A stretch of DNA of 64,000 bases from a plasmid: the sequence record NZ_CP119397.1. One strand, written 5' to 3'. How positions within the stretch are numbered: position 1 is the first letter of the stretch; every line of letters begins with the position of its first letter. Under the pieces are notes generated by a model. The model made no database searches and was not told the DNA's origin. It was given only the letters and a program-made list of their open reading frames with translations. Positions 26,650 through 36,937 of the stretch are shown here, one piece after another. Position numbers and translations under genes: made by a program.

Positions 26650-29600
26650 ATGAGCAACAACGCCCCCCAGTCCGCCTGGCCCGCCCCGGATGACCCGGCT
26701 GACGAACCGGCCTTTACGCTGGATGAGCGCGTGGTGTTTATGCCGCTGGCCCAGGATGGCTGCCTCACCTGGTCATGGTGCCGGCACCCGGTCTGCGGCC
26801 GCGAATACATTCTGGCCACCGCCGCCGGGGAAGAGGCGGAGCCGCAGGCGACGCTGCTGCTGAAAAATGAGTTCGCCCTGCGCGGCCACCTCGCGCCGGA
26901 CTGGGCGGTGATCCCGGTGGCCACGGCGCTGTATCACGGCCGCTACGCGCTGCTCTATCGCCCTTTCCCGTTTGAAACCCTGACGCGCATCACCGGCACC
27001 CCGGCCGGGGACATGGCAGTCTTCCTGGATCTGGCGCTGAACCTCTGCGCGCCCTTGTTGCAGATGCACCAGCACGGCCTTATCCACGGCGACATCAAAC
27101 CCGGCAACCTGTTTATCAATAATGACGGCAGTTGCCGCCTCGGCGGCTTCGGGCTGGCATCGGGCGCGACCGGCACCGGCGCACGCACCACCGTCTCGGC
27201 AGCGGGCGGGACGCTTGCCTATATGTCACCGGAACATGCCGCCCGTACCCGGCGCGCCGTGGACCACCGCAGCGATCTCTACAGCCTCGGCATCGTGCTG
27301 TATGAGCTGCTGACCGGCAGCCTGCCGTTTGACCTGACCGAGGGCGGGCAGGCGGAGTGGGTGCATCACCATATCGCCTCCGAGCCGCGCCCGCCGCATC
27401 AGGTACGCCCCGGCACGCCGGATATCCTCTCGTCGATTATTCTGCGGCTGCTGGCCAAATCCCCGGAAAACCGTTACCAGACCACCGAAGGGCTGATGGC
27501 CGATCTCCGCCGCTGCCGCGCCACCGTCTCCCCGTCCGGCAGCCTTATGCCCTTTCCGCTGGGTTTGCAGGATCGCGCGGCCGCCCTGCCGCTCTCTGAC
27601 GCGCTGTTCACCGGCCATCCGCAGAGCCAGGCGCTGCTTGAGGCCTTCAGCGGGGTAAACCACCGCGGCACGCAGGCGCTGGTGGTCATCAGCGGGCCGT
27701 CCGGAATCGGGAAATCGTCACTGATCGCCTCGGCGCTGAGTGCGCTGCAACACCAGCCGGTGCTGCTGGCGGTGAGCCGTGTGGATCAGTACCAACCGGC
27801 GCTGCCCTATGCGGTGCTGACGTCCGCCTTCCGGTCACTGGCGCTGCATATTCTCGGGCTGCCGGCGGCGGAGATTGCCCGCTGGAAAGCGCGGCTCAGC
27901 CAGACACTCGGCAGTTATGCCGGGCTGGCGGTGAACCTGGTGCCGGAGCTGGGCCTGTTGCTGGCGCAACCCTCGTGGATCCCGCCGGATACGCTGTCGA
28001 TTGATGCCCGTGCGCGTTTCAACCACATGGTGCTCTGCCTGATCAAAGCGTTCGCCACGCCCTGCTGCCCGCTGGTGCTGATGATTGATGACATCCACTG
28101 GGTGGATGCGGCCAGCCTGCAACTGCTGGAATATGTGGTGAGCAACAGCACCACACTGCCGCTGCTGATGGTGGTGGCGTACCGCGACGACACCCACACC
28201 CACGGCGGGCCGCCGCTGGCCGGGTTACGGGCTGCCGCGGCGAAGGTCACTGAGATCCGGCCGGAACCGATGACGGTAAAGGGCGTCACGCGCTGGCTGG
28301 CAGACGCCTTCCAGACACGGGTAGCGGGCATTGCCTCCCTGGCGGCGCTGGTGCACGAAAAAACCGGCGGCAACCCGCTGTTCGTGCAGCAATTTGTGAA
28401 ACGCATCGTGGATGACGGGCTGGTGACCCACCATACCCCGCATAAAAAATGGCATTACGATCTGCCGGCCATCCGCGCGCGCCATTACACCGAGAATGTC
28501 GCCGGGCTGGTGCTGCAACAACTGGCGCAGATGCCGCCCGACACGCGGAAATTGCTCGGCAGCCTGGCCTGCCTGGGCAATGCCGGGAATCTGGCGGTGC
28601 TCACCCGCGTGCTGGGAACCGGCATCACTGAAATGTGCCGGGTGCTGCACCCGGCCGTGGCGGCCCAGTTGATCACGTTGTCCGTCAATGAGTACGCATT
28701 TACCCATAACCGGGTGCAGGAAGCCGCGTTTGCGCTGCTGGACCCGGCGGAAAAGAGCCACCTGCATCTGGCCACGGCCAGCCTGCTGGCGGAGATGTCG
28801 CAACAGGCGACCGGCAACGACACGCTGTTCCGGGCGGTTCACCATGTGGCATCGGCGATTGAGGCGATTGAACCGCTGCCGCAGCGCCGGATGTTCCGCG
28901 AACTGAGCCTGCTGGCGGCCCAGCGGGCCAAACGCACCGGCGATTCGCTCTCGGCGCTGGGTTACCTGCGCACCGCCCGCGCGCTGGCCGACAAAAATGC
29001 GCCGGACGATCACCAGCTCACCTTCACGCTGGATCTGGAAGAGGCGGAGTGCGAGTTTCTGCTCGGCAACCTCGCCACCGCGGCAAGGCTTTGTGCGCAA
29101 CTGGCGGGCCGGCCCGGCGGGCTGGCGGAAAAAGCGGTGGCTGCCTGCCTGCTGGCGGAGATCCACATGCGGCAATCGCACCGGCAACAGGCGCTGGAGA
29201 CGGCCATCGCCTGGCTGTCGGTGTTCGGCATTTCGCTCAGCCGCTACCCGGACGTGCGCGAATGCGACGACGCCCATGAGGCAATCGTCGCACGGGTAGG
29301 CGACGATCCGGCAGCGGTGTTCAAGGCCCTGCCGCGCATGGATGACCGGGATACCGAAGCGGTCATGAACCTGCTCGCCAGCGCCGGGATTTTCGCCAGT
29401 TTCTGCTGCCCGCGCCTGCATTTCCTGATCCTCTGCCGGATGCTGCACCTGACGCTCGACCACGGCATGACCGGGGCCGGGGCGACGGCGCTGGCCTGGT
29501 TCGGCGTGTTGATCGGCCACCGCTACGAGACGTACCAGCGTGGTTTCCGCTATGGCCTGCTGGCGCGGGAGCTGGTCAGCCGCCACGGCTACCTTAATGC

Positions 29601-32229
29601 CGAAGCGCGCATCCTGCTGCCGCTCGACCAGCTCAGCGTCTGGACGCAGCCGCTCAGTTTCACCGTCGAATGCGCCAAAGCCTGCTTTACGGCGGGCGTT
29701 ACCCACGGCGATCTGACCTCTGCCTGTTTCGCCACCTGCCATCAGGTGATCAATTTCCTGACGCGCGGCGACCACCTTGACGCCGTGCTGACCAGCATCG
29801 ACCGGGGGCTGGCGTTTGTGCGCAAGGCGCATTTCCAGGATGTGGAAACCATTCTGCTGATCCAACGGCATCTGGTGGAGCACCTGCGCGACCCGAACGC
29901 CGCCTCCCCCGCCGGGGCCGGTTTCCTGCCCGACACCCTGCTGCCGGGCACGCGTGACCCGATGCCGACGCTGATGTTCTGGTACTGGCTCTACAAGGCG
30001 CTGGCGCACTTCGCGGCCGGGGAGTTCGCCCAGGCCGCCGATGACCTCAGCACCGCCGGCACCCTGAGCTGGTCAGCGCCGGGGCATATCCACCTGCTGG
30101 ATTACCACCTGTTCAGCATTCTTTCCCTGACCCAGCAGCTGACGCCGGAGAGCATCACCCCGGCACACCGCCGCTGGCTGCAACCGCACTACCGCAAACT
30201 CGCGCTGTGGGCGCAGCTGAACCCCGGCACCTTCGCCGACAAAGAGGCGCTGGTGTATGCCGAGATGGCGCGGCTTGATGCGCACTACAGCCTGGCGATG
30301 AAGCTGTATGAGAAGGCGATCCGCCTCTCCCGCGAGGCCGCCTTTGATCACATCAACGGGCTGGCGCACGAACTGGCCGGGCGTTTTGTACAGGCACGCA
30401 GCTACCCCACGGCGGCTGATGCCCACTTCCGGGGCGCGATGGCGGCCTGGGGACGTTGCGGTGCGCAGGCCAGGGTGCGGCAGCTTGAGCGGCAGTACCC
30501 GCATCTGGTGGTGCCGCGGCACACCTCGCCTTACGACACCATCGCCTTTGCCCAGAATGAGGAGATCCGTGACTTGCAAAGCGTGATTAACGCCTCGCGC
30601 GCACTCTCTGAAGAGATCAACCTCGGGCGGTTGATCCAGATTCTGATGACCATGCTGCTGGAGCGCGCCGGGGCGCAGCGCGGGCTGCTGATCCGCGTGG
30701 CCGGGAACCACCTGCCGGAGATTGAGGCCTGTGCTGACACCACCTCCGGCGGTGTGCAGGTACAGATTGTGAAAGCGGTGCCGGGGGCGACCGATCTGCC
30801 GCTGTCGGTGCTTTCTGCGGTGATCCGCACCGGGCAGGAGATCCGCACCGGCAAGCCGGGCGAGTTCAGCCCGTTCAGCCAGGACCCCTATCTGGTCACG
30901 TCCGGCGCGGCAGTGATGTGCGTGCCGATGTTCAAACAGGCCCGGCTGGTGGGCGTGCTCTATCTGGAGAACCGGCTGATGCCGGAGGTGTTTACCGCGG
31001 AGCATTCAAAAATCATCGGCATTCTGGCGGCGCAGGCGGCGGTGTCGCTGGAAACCGCCCGGCTCTATGCGGAGCTGCTGGAGGAGAACATCCAGCGCCG
31101 CCGGGTCGAGAAAGAGCTGCGTGCCAGCCAGACGTCACTGATGCTGGGCGAGCAGATCAGCCACACCGGCACCTGGCGCTGGGATGTGCAGCAGGATCTG
31201 ATGGTGATTTCCGACGAGTACGGGCGCATTTTAGGGCTGCCGCCGAGCCAGAAAAGCATTTCGATGGCGGATTTCCTGACACGGGTTCATGTGGATGACC
31301 ACCCCCGCATCAGCACACTGGTGACGGAAAGCGTGCGTGACCATGTCACGATGCGCGCCGAGTTCCGCATTATCCGCGAAGATGGCGCTACCCGTTACCT
31401 GCTGGGGATCGGCAACCCGGTGCAGGCCGGGGCGGAGGTCAATGAGTATTTCGGCACCATCACCGACATCACCGCCCACCGGCAGGCGGAAGACGCCGCA
31501 CGGGTGGCGCAGGCCGATCTGGCGCGGGTGGCGCGCGCCACCACTGTCGGCCAGCTGACGGCCTCCATCGCCCATGAGATCAACCAGCCGCTGATGTCGA
31601 TTGTCTCCAACGCCGGGGCGAGCCTGCGCTGGCTGGGCCGTGACCCGGCGCAACTGGGCAACGCCCGCGCCGGGCTGGAGGAGATCATCACTGAAGGGCA
31701 GCGGGCCGGGGAAATCATCCGCAGTTTGCAGGCGCTGACGCGTAACCAGCCGCCCTCTTTCGCGCGCGTTGATCTGCACCAGATCGCCCACCACATCATG
31801 ATGCTGTCGCGCAGCGAACTGGAGCGCCAGCGGGTGGCCGTGGAGTACCAGTTACAGGCCGAACAGCCCGGTATCTGGAGTGACAGTGTGCAGATCCAGC
31901 AGGTATTGCTGAATCTGGTGGCCAACGCCATCGACGCGATGGCCGACATCACCGACCGCCCGCGCCTGCTGACGCTCTCCTCCAGCAACCCGGCACCGGG
32001 TTACCTGCGTTTTTGCATTGCGGATACCGGCATCGGCCTCGACCCGGCGGTGATGGCGCGGGTGTTTGACTCGTTCTACACCACCAAAAAACAGGGGATG
32101 GGCATGGGCCTGACCATCAGCCACGCGATCATCGAACGCCACCGCGGCAAACTCTCGGCAGAAGCCCGCCGCCCCTACGGCAGTTGCTTTACCTTTGTGT
32201 TGCCGACAGAGGGGGAACACCCTCAATGA
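26650..32229 (+). CDS. giant signalling protein: Ser/Thr-kinase-like domain, AAA/STAND ATPase, helical (TPR/MalT-like) repeats, GAF, PAS, HisKA, HATPase_c
   Basis: Kinase-like region ~26770..27520 (HGDIKPGN, GGFGLAS, SPE, DLYSLGIVLYELLTG). Walker A ISGPSGIGKS ~27690, Walker B LVLMIDDIHW ~28080. GAF ~30590..31080. PAS ~31120..31470. H-box SIAHEINQPL ~31560. N/G1/G2 boxes NLVANAIDAM / DTGIGLD / GMGMGL to the end. GGAGG RBS. Confidence 0.85.
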   Translation: MSNNAPQSAWPAPDDPADEPAFTLDERVVFMPLAQDGCLTWSWCRHPVCGREYILATAAGEEAEPQATLLLKNEFALRGHLAPDWAVIPVATALYHGRYALLYRPFPFETLTRITGTPAGDMAVFLDLALNLCAPLLQMHQHGLIHGDIKPGNLFINNDGSCRLGGFGLASGATGTGARTTVSAAGGTLAYMSPEHAARTRRAVDHRSDLYSLGIVLYELLTGSLPFDLTEGGQAEWVHHHIASEPRPPHQVRPGTPDILSSIILRLLAKSPENRYQTTEGLMADLRRCRATVSPSGSLMPFPLGLQDRAAALPLSDALFTGHPQSQALLEAFSGVNHRGTQALVVISGPSGIGKSSLIASALSALQHQPVLLAVSRVDQYQPALPYAVLTSAFRSLALHILGLPAAEIARWKARLSQTLGSYAGLAVNLVPELGLLLAQPSWIPPDTLSIDARARFNHMVLCLIKAFATPCCPLVLMIDDIHWVDAASLQLLEYVVSNSTTLPLLMVVAYRDDTHTHGGPPLAGLRAAAAKVTEIRPEPMTVKGVTRWLADAFQTRVAGIASLAALVHEKTGGNPLFVQQFVKRIVDDGLVTHHTPHKKWHYDLPAIRARHYTENVAGLVLQQLAQMPPDTRKLLGSLACLGNAGNLAVLTRVLGTGITEMCRVLHPAVAAQLITLSVNEYAFTHNRVQEAAFALLDPAEKSHLHLATASLLAEMSQQATGNDTLFRAVHHVASAIEAIEPLPQRRMFRELSLLAAQRAKRTGDSLSALGYLRTARALADKNAPDDHQLTFTLDLEEAECEFLLGNLATAARLCAQLAGRPGGLAEKAVAACLLAEIHMRQSHRQQALETAIAWLSVFGISLSRYPDVRECDDAHEAIVARVGDDPAAVFKALPRMDDRDTEAVMNLLASAGIFASFCCPRLHFLILCRMLHLTLDHGMTGAGATALAWFGVLIGHRYETYQRGFRYGLLARELVSRHGYLNAEARILLPLDQLSVWTQPLSFTVECAKACFTAGVTHGDLTSACFATCHQVINFLTRGDHLDAVLTSIDRGLAFVRKAHFQDVETILLIQRHLVEHLRDPNAASPAGAGFLPDTLLPGTRDPMPTLMFWYWLYKALAHFAAGEFAQAADDLSTAGTLSWSAPGHIHLLDYHLFSILSLTQQLTPESITPAHRRWLQPHYRKLALWAQLNPGTFADKEALVYAEMARLDAHYSLAMKLYEKAIRLSREAAFDHINGLAHELAGRFVQARSYPTAADAHFRGAMAAWGRCGAQARVRQLERQYPHLVVPRHTSPYDTIAFAQNEEIRDLQSVINASRALSEEINLGRLIQILMTMLLERAGAQRGLLIRVAGNHLPEIEACADTTSGGVQVQIVKAVPGATDLPLSVLSAVIRTGQEIRTGKPGEFSPFSQDPYLVTSGAAVMCVPMFKQARLVGVLYLENRLMPEVFTAEHSKIIGILAAQAAVSLETARLYAELLEENIQRRRVEKELRASQTSLMLGEQISHTGTWRWDVQQDLMVISDEYGRILGLPPSQKSISMADFLTRVHVDDHPRISTLVTESVRDHVTMRAEFRIIREDGATRYLLGIGNPVQAGAEVNEYFGTITDITAHRQAEDAARVAQADLARVARATTVGQLTASIAHEINQPLMSIVSNAGASLRWLGRDPAQLGNARAGLEEIITEGQRAGEIIRSLQALTRNQPPSFARVDLHQIAHHIMMLSRSELERQRVAVEYQLQAEQPGIWSDSVQIQQVLLNLVANAIDAMADITDRPRLLTLSSSNPAPGYLRFCIADTGIGLDPAVMARVFDSFYTTKKQGMGMGLTISHAIIERHRGKLSAEARRPYGSCFTFVLPTEGEHPQ

Positions 32230-32480
32230 AAATGGCACACAACGCCGCCGTTTTCCCGCCCCTGGCAATAACCGGCAACTTTTCTAACGCGCACCCCCAG
32301 CGATAATGTTGGGGGTCAGAGAAGGCGTGGCCCCCTACCTTAAATAATCAGTATCACTGGCAGGTGCTGCCTATAATGCATTAAATCAACAGGCAGAGTA
32401 TTTTCTTAGGGATTTTACAGGCACCGATCTTGTTGAATGTTCTTATCTGATTCTGGCTTGGAACGATGTATAATCATCCG

Positions 32481-33032
32481 TCAGATATAAGTTATCTCTT
32501 TTTTATTATACACCACTGAATTATCAGGAATATCCTTATTGACGAACGTCATCGCGCCGATGACCACGTTGCTGCCGATCCGTAAATTCTCACCAATTAT
32601 GCAGCTGTTTGCCCCAACCTCCACGTTATCACCAATATAGATTTTCCCCTCCTGATCATTTTTTCTGACACCGATAGTGACATTCTGTTTTATATAAAAA
32701 TCATCTCCAATGATGCAACAGTCAGCTATCACAATGCCCACATAATGTGAAATGCTGAGGCCTACGCCGATTTTGGCACCTAATTTAATGTCTAAACCGT
32801 ACTTATTCCGTAGATTACGATTTACCCTGACAGCATATTTTTTCATTTTACCATTAAGGTAAAGGTAGTTAGCCACACGCCACCAAAAATGAAAACGCCG
32901 ATCCGGGCACTTAATGGCTTTATAAATTGTTTTTAACCAGGAAAAATTTTTATCAGTCCTCATGACTTCAGCCCGAAGACAAGATTTTAGATGTTCAATA
33001 CTGTTGTGTTGACGTTCCAAATTAAAACCCAA
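32481..33032 (-). CDS. hexapeptide-repeat acyltransferase (WcaF/CysE/Maa-like)
   Basis: Left-handed beta-helix repeats (IGDNVEVGANSCIIG, IGSNVVIGAMTFV). Sits in a ~32% GC island (32230..33450) that contrasts with the ~65% GC flanks. Confidence 0.6.
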   Translation of the reverse strand: MGFNLERQHNSIEHLKSCLRAEVMRTDKNFSWLKTIYKAIKCPDRRFHFWWRVANYLYLNGKMKKYAVRVNRNLRNKYGLDIKLGAKIGVGLSISHYVGIVIADCCIIGDDFYIKQNVTIGVRKNDQEGKIYIGDNVEVGANSCIIGENLRIGSNVVIGAMTFVNKDIPDNSVVYNKKEITYI

Positions 33033-33456
33033 GAAGCAGAAGATTTAGTTATTTGCTCATCCTGTTTTAAGAATAAAGCCCCCTGTTTTTAAACTGCTAA
33101 TTTAAAACCACTTAATCGCTCATGGGCTAAATAACCCTTCAAGAGCATGATACTTAAAATACGCTTAACTTTTTATAAAAAATTGATTGATATCAACAAA
33201 ATGCATTAAAACCTTCTATAGCAGTACTCGAGCAAGAAAATTTCTATATTCAATTTTAAAGCTAATTATGTTGATGAAATAATTTTCAGGTGCTTTAGTA
33301 GAAAGCTGTCTTATTAAGATTTTTAGCAGGTTTCGGCATTGGATAGACCTTACCGGGATGATAAGTGCCATTATTTTATCCTTATCCAGCCTGGAACAAT
33401 AAAATATCAGCACGATGAAGAGGGGAAGTACGCCGCCCTAGGGCGGCGGGCGTGGC

Positions 33457-33792
33457 TCAGGCGGCCGGGTTACCCGGCAATGCGGCGAGGTGGCGGCGCA
33501 GTTCGCCGTGGGCCATCGCCACGGCGGGGGAATCCTGCAAGGCGGCGAGGTATTTCTGGTGGAACGCGCTGGGATTGTCCGCGCCGGGCGTCAGTTGCTG
33601 TTCGATGCGGCGTTGGTAATCCTGCACCGTGCTCTGTTCCACCCCCTGCTCTTTATCATCCAGCCGCTCATCCAGCCCCACCAGGATCTCAGAAATCTGC
33701 TGGAGCCAGGCGAATTGCGGGTGGCTGGTCAGCAGTTGCAACTGGTCAAACGCGCTGCCTGCCGGGCCAAACTGGGCCAGTTCACTCTCCAC
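33457..33792 (-). CDS. hypothetical protein (GTG start), downstream of LuxR-type regulator
   Basis: 111-codon high-GC ORF with host-like codon usage. No in-frame ATG, so a GTG start is needed. No recognisable motif. Confidence 0.3.
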   Translation of the reverse strand: MESELAQFGPAGSAFDQLQLLTSHPQFAWLQQISEILVGLDERLDDKEQGVEQSTVQDYQRRIEQQLTPGADNPSAFHQKYLAALQDSPAVAMAHGELRRHLAALPGNPAA

Positions 33793-33897
33793 CAGCGTTT
33801 TATGCAGCCTGCGCAGCGAGGGTTGACATCGTTCTCAGCTGCGCGCGCGGGTCAGGCGGGGTGTGGGTCGTCAAGGGCTTCTCCTTTGAGAACAGAA

Positions 33898-34518
33898 TTA
33901 ACGGCTTTGGGATTTCAGGATATTCAGGCGCTCCGCAGCCCGGACTAAATCCGCCAGCGAGCGCGCCTGCATTTTTTCCATCACACGGCGTTTATGCACT
34001 TTGGCGGTGATTTCACTGACGCCCAGCGCATTGGCGATCTGTTTATTCAGTAACCCGCCGATCGCCAGCTCCAGCACTTCGCACTCGCGCGGCGTCAGGG
34101 TCTGATGCCGCTGCCGCAGCGCCAGGTGCTCGCAGGAGAGCGTGAGGTTCTTCTCCGCCAACTGCAAGGCATCGGCCACCGCGTTCAACAGCTGGTCGGC
34201 CATCACCGGTTTGGTCAAAAACTCATGCGCCCCGGCTTTCATCGCCTTGACGGACATCGGAATGGTGCCGAAGCCGGTCAGGAAAATTATCGGGATGGCG
34301 TGGCCGTTGTTATGCAGCGTTTCGGCCACGTCAAAGCCATTGGCGACCGGCATATTCATATCAAGAATCAGGCAACTGGGTACCGGGCTGAAGGGGTGCG
34401 CCAGAAACGCCTCAGCAGAGGCGAAATCCGCCACCGTATACGCTGCTGACTCCAGCAAGCGGACAAGCGAACGCCTGACCGCCTCATCATCGTCCACCAC
34501 ATACACTATCTGATCCAT
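33898..34518 (-). CDS. LuxR/FixJ-family response regulator (REC + HTH)
   Basis: VYVVDDDEAVRRSL, D in LILDMNMP, K in LTKP. C-terminal LTPRECEVLELAIGGLLNKQIANALGVSEITAKVHKRRVMEKM is a LuxR-type HTH. AGGA RBS before MDQIVYV. Confidence 0.8.
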   Translation of the reverse strand: MDQIVYVVDDDEAVRRSLVRLLESAAYTVADFASAEAFLAHPFSPVPSCLILDMNMPVANGFDVAETLHNNGHAIPIIFLTGFGTIPMSVKAMKAGAHEFLTKPVMADQLLNAVADALQLAEKNLTLSCEHLALRQRHQTLTPRECEVLELAIGGLLNKQIANALGVSEITAKVHKRRVMEKMQARSLADLVRAAERLNILKSQSR

Positions 34519-34772
34519 CGTTAAGTCCTGTTTTTGCCGTGGGTCAGCCACACGGGCCGCCCAGCCAGAATTACCGCGATCATGAAGTCAGAACCACCAG
34601 ATTGATTTAGTAGGATATTATGACTTTATAATAATGAGTATGGATATAATGAGCGAATACTTTATTTCGTGAAGAATTAAGCAAAATGCCATAAGGAAAC
34701 CGGCCAGGTCTCCTTTTCAGCGGTTAACCTGACCGGATGGTCTCTTCCAACCTGCGCTGCTTGGGGCCTGCG

Positions 34773-35762
34773 TCAGCTTTTCAGCTGCGGCGGGACGGGC
34801 GGCGTGCCGTGGGTATGGAAGGTGTCGATGGTTTTCAGCCCCCAGGCCTGCCCTTTTTTCCGGTCAGCCTCTGTCCAGACCACGGTTTGCCAGTCCGGTG
34901 CCAGGATCAGCCGGGCGCCGGAGTTTGCCAGCTCCACGCGGTTGCCCGCCGGCTCCCAGACATACAGGAAAAAGGTGCCCTGAATCGCGTGTTTATGCGG
35001 GCCGGTCTCAATGTGGATGCCGTTTTCCAGAAAGATATCGGCGGCGCGCAGAATGTCTTCACGGCAGTCTGTGGCGTAGGTGACGTGGTGCAGGCGGCCG
35101 TTACCGCCGCCATGCTCTTCGGTACAGGCCAGATCATAAGTTTTATTGTTGACGGTAAACCAGCACCCGCCGATACGGCCGTTATCCAGTTGGATCATCT
35201 CTGTCACCCGCGAGCCGAGGCGGGTTTCCATGAATTTTTTAAATTCCGTCACATCGGCGGCCAGCAGATTAAGATGATCCAGGCGGCGCGGGCAGGCACC
35301 ACGGCTATGGTAGCGCTGCGCCAGATTTTTCAGCGACGGGCGTTCACCTGCTTCGGCCTGGTAGCGCACGGTATCGTAGTAAATCTCAAAAATGTGCCCA
35401 AACGGATCGGCAAAGCGGAAAGCGCGGCCGTGCCCCGGATCGTCATCCACCCAGCCGATCACCTCATAGCCACTGGCTTCAATCGCTGCGACACGGCGCA
35501 TCAGGGCGGCCTCAGACGAGGCGCGGTACGCGATATGCCCGACGCCGGTGGTGTGGTGGCGCGTGAGTTTCAGCGTATGGAATTCGTAATCATCCCAGGC
35601 GCGCAACCACGCATGGTGCTCTGTCCGGGCCGACACCGTCAGGCCATACACATTGACAAAGAAATCGAGGCTCTCTTCAAATTTGTCAGTGTAAAGCTCG
35701 ACGTGGGCCAGATGGGCAATATCAAAACAGGGTTCCGGCAGGGAATTTGTCATTGTCATCAT
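34773..35762 (-). CDS. extradiol ring-cleavage dioxygenase (catechol 2,3-dioxygenase family, two VOC modules)
   Basis: 329 aa. Twin VOC domains, and His/Glu ligand context (HVELYT, GVGHIAY, HHVTY, E near the C-terminus) typical of type I extradiol dioxygenases. Confidence 0.65.
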   Translation of the reverse strand: MMTMTNSLPEPCFDIAHLAHVELYTDKFEESLDFFVNVYGLTVSARTEHHAWLRAWDDYEFHTLKLTRHHTTGVGHIAYRASSEAALMRRVAAIEASGYEVIGWVDDDPGHGRAFRFADPFGHIFEIYYDTVRYQAEAGERPSLKNLAQRYHSRGACPRRLDHLNLLAADVTEFKKFMETRLGSRVTEMIQLDNGRIGGCWFTVNNKTYDLACTEEHGGGNGRLHHVTYATDCREDILRAADIFLENGIHIETGPHKHAIQGTFFLYVWEPAGNRVELANSGARLILAPDWQTVVWTEADRKKGQAWGLKTIDTFHTHGTPPVPPQLKS

Positions 35763-35924
35763 TCTCGTGGTGTAGGCATACAGCGTTAGACATTATGAAA
35801 AAGCAGGGTAACCGCCCGATGCCGGACGGGGCAGACGGTTTGACCTTATCGCGGTATGCGTTTTATTTATACTGTGATCGCGGTAACAGCACCGGCCTGC
35901 CGGACAACAGGCCAGTATGCGCCC

Positions 35925-36827
35925 TTACTCCTCCCCCTGCGCCTTCAGCCGCGCCTCTAAAAATGACAGGAAAACACGGGTAACCTCGCTGCGCTGGCGG
36001 TGCTGGGAGTAGAGCGCGTTCAGGCTCAGCGGCGCGGGGTGGTGCGCGGCCAGCACCGGCACCAGGTCGCCGCTTTTCAGCGCCGGGCCGACGATAAACG
36101 CCGGCAGCAGCACCAGCCCCAGCCCGGCGATCGCCGCGTCACGCAGCACTTCGCCGTTGTTGCTGATGATCGGCCCCTGCACATCGAGCATTTTGCGCTT
36201 GCCGTCCTGCACCAGTTCCCAGCCGGTCTGCCCTTCCCGTCCGTAACGCAGGCAGGCGTGCGCCAGCAGGTCCTCCGGCGTCTGCGGCTCCCCGGCACGC
36301 CTGAGGTAGGCGGGGCTGGCGCAGACCACCCGGCTGAGCCGGCCGAGGCGGCGGGCGATCAGCGTCGAGTCCGCCAGCGCGCCGATGCGGATGGCGATGT
36401 CAAACCCCTCACCAATCAGGTCCACCTGCCTGTCCCCCAGCTCCACCTGGAACCGCACCGCCGGGTGCAGGCTCAGGAATTCCGCAATCAGCGGCGAGAG
36501 GTGGCTCATGCCAAATGACATCGGCATGCTGATGCGGAACGTGCCGTGCAGCGCCTGGCGGCGTTCGCTGACGGCCTGTTCCGCCTCGTGGATGTCATCC
36601 AGAATGCGCTGCGCATGCTGGCCGAACACCTGCCCCGCCTCGGTCACCGAAAGCTTGCGGGTGTTGCGGATCAGCAGCCGCGCGCCCAGTGAGTCCTCCA
36701 GCGCCGCCATCCGGCGGCTGACGTACTGCTTTGACAGCAACAGCTGATCCGCTGCCGCGGTAAAGCTGCCGGCGCGGATCACGGTGATAAAAATACGAAG
36801 GTCTTCTATCTGCACATTGTCCACCAT
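35925..36827 (-). CDS. LysR-family transcriptional regulator
   Basis: HTH IEDLRIFITVIRAGSFTAAADQLLLSKQYVSRRMAALE. Divergent from the pirin gene. Confidence 0.8.
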   Translation of the reverse strand: MVDNVQIEDLRIFITVIRAGSFTAAADQLLLSKQYVSRRMAALEDSLGARLLIRNTRKLSVTEAGQVFGQHAQRILDDIHEAEQAVSERRQALHGTFRISMPMSFGMSHLSPLIAEFLSLHPAVRFQVELGDRQVDLIGEGFDIAIRIGALADSTLIARRLGRLSRVVCASPAYLRRAGEPQTPEDLLAHACLRYGREGQTGWELVQDGKRKMLDVQGPIISNNGEVLRDAAIAGLGLVLLPAFIVGPALKSGDLVPVLAAHHPAPLSLNALYSQHRQRSEVTRVFLSFLEARLKAQGEE

Positions 36828-36937
36828 ATTGTGACAGTGATTGTCATTACAGCCGATTGTTGGGCAAAACAGTTTACGTATACTTGTTCCCCATAGGAAG
36901 GGCAACCGCCTTTCACCCCATCACCAAGGAGAACACC

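Noticed and set aside
27835-30009. 594-aa and other ORFs antisense to the giant kinase gene (28225..30009 -, 30073..31005 -)
   Set aside because: Same GC-driven shadow-ORF artefact. They are nested in a gene with coherent domain structure on the opposite strand.
33339-34010. 223-aa plus-strand ORF spanning the AT-rich/GC-rich boundary
   Set aside because: It crosses a compositional boundary, overlaps two minus-strand genes including the LuxR-type RR, and its product is a low-complexity Arg/Ala/Pro sequence.
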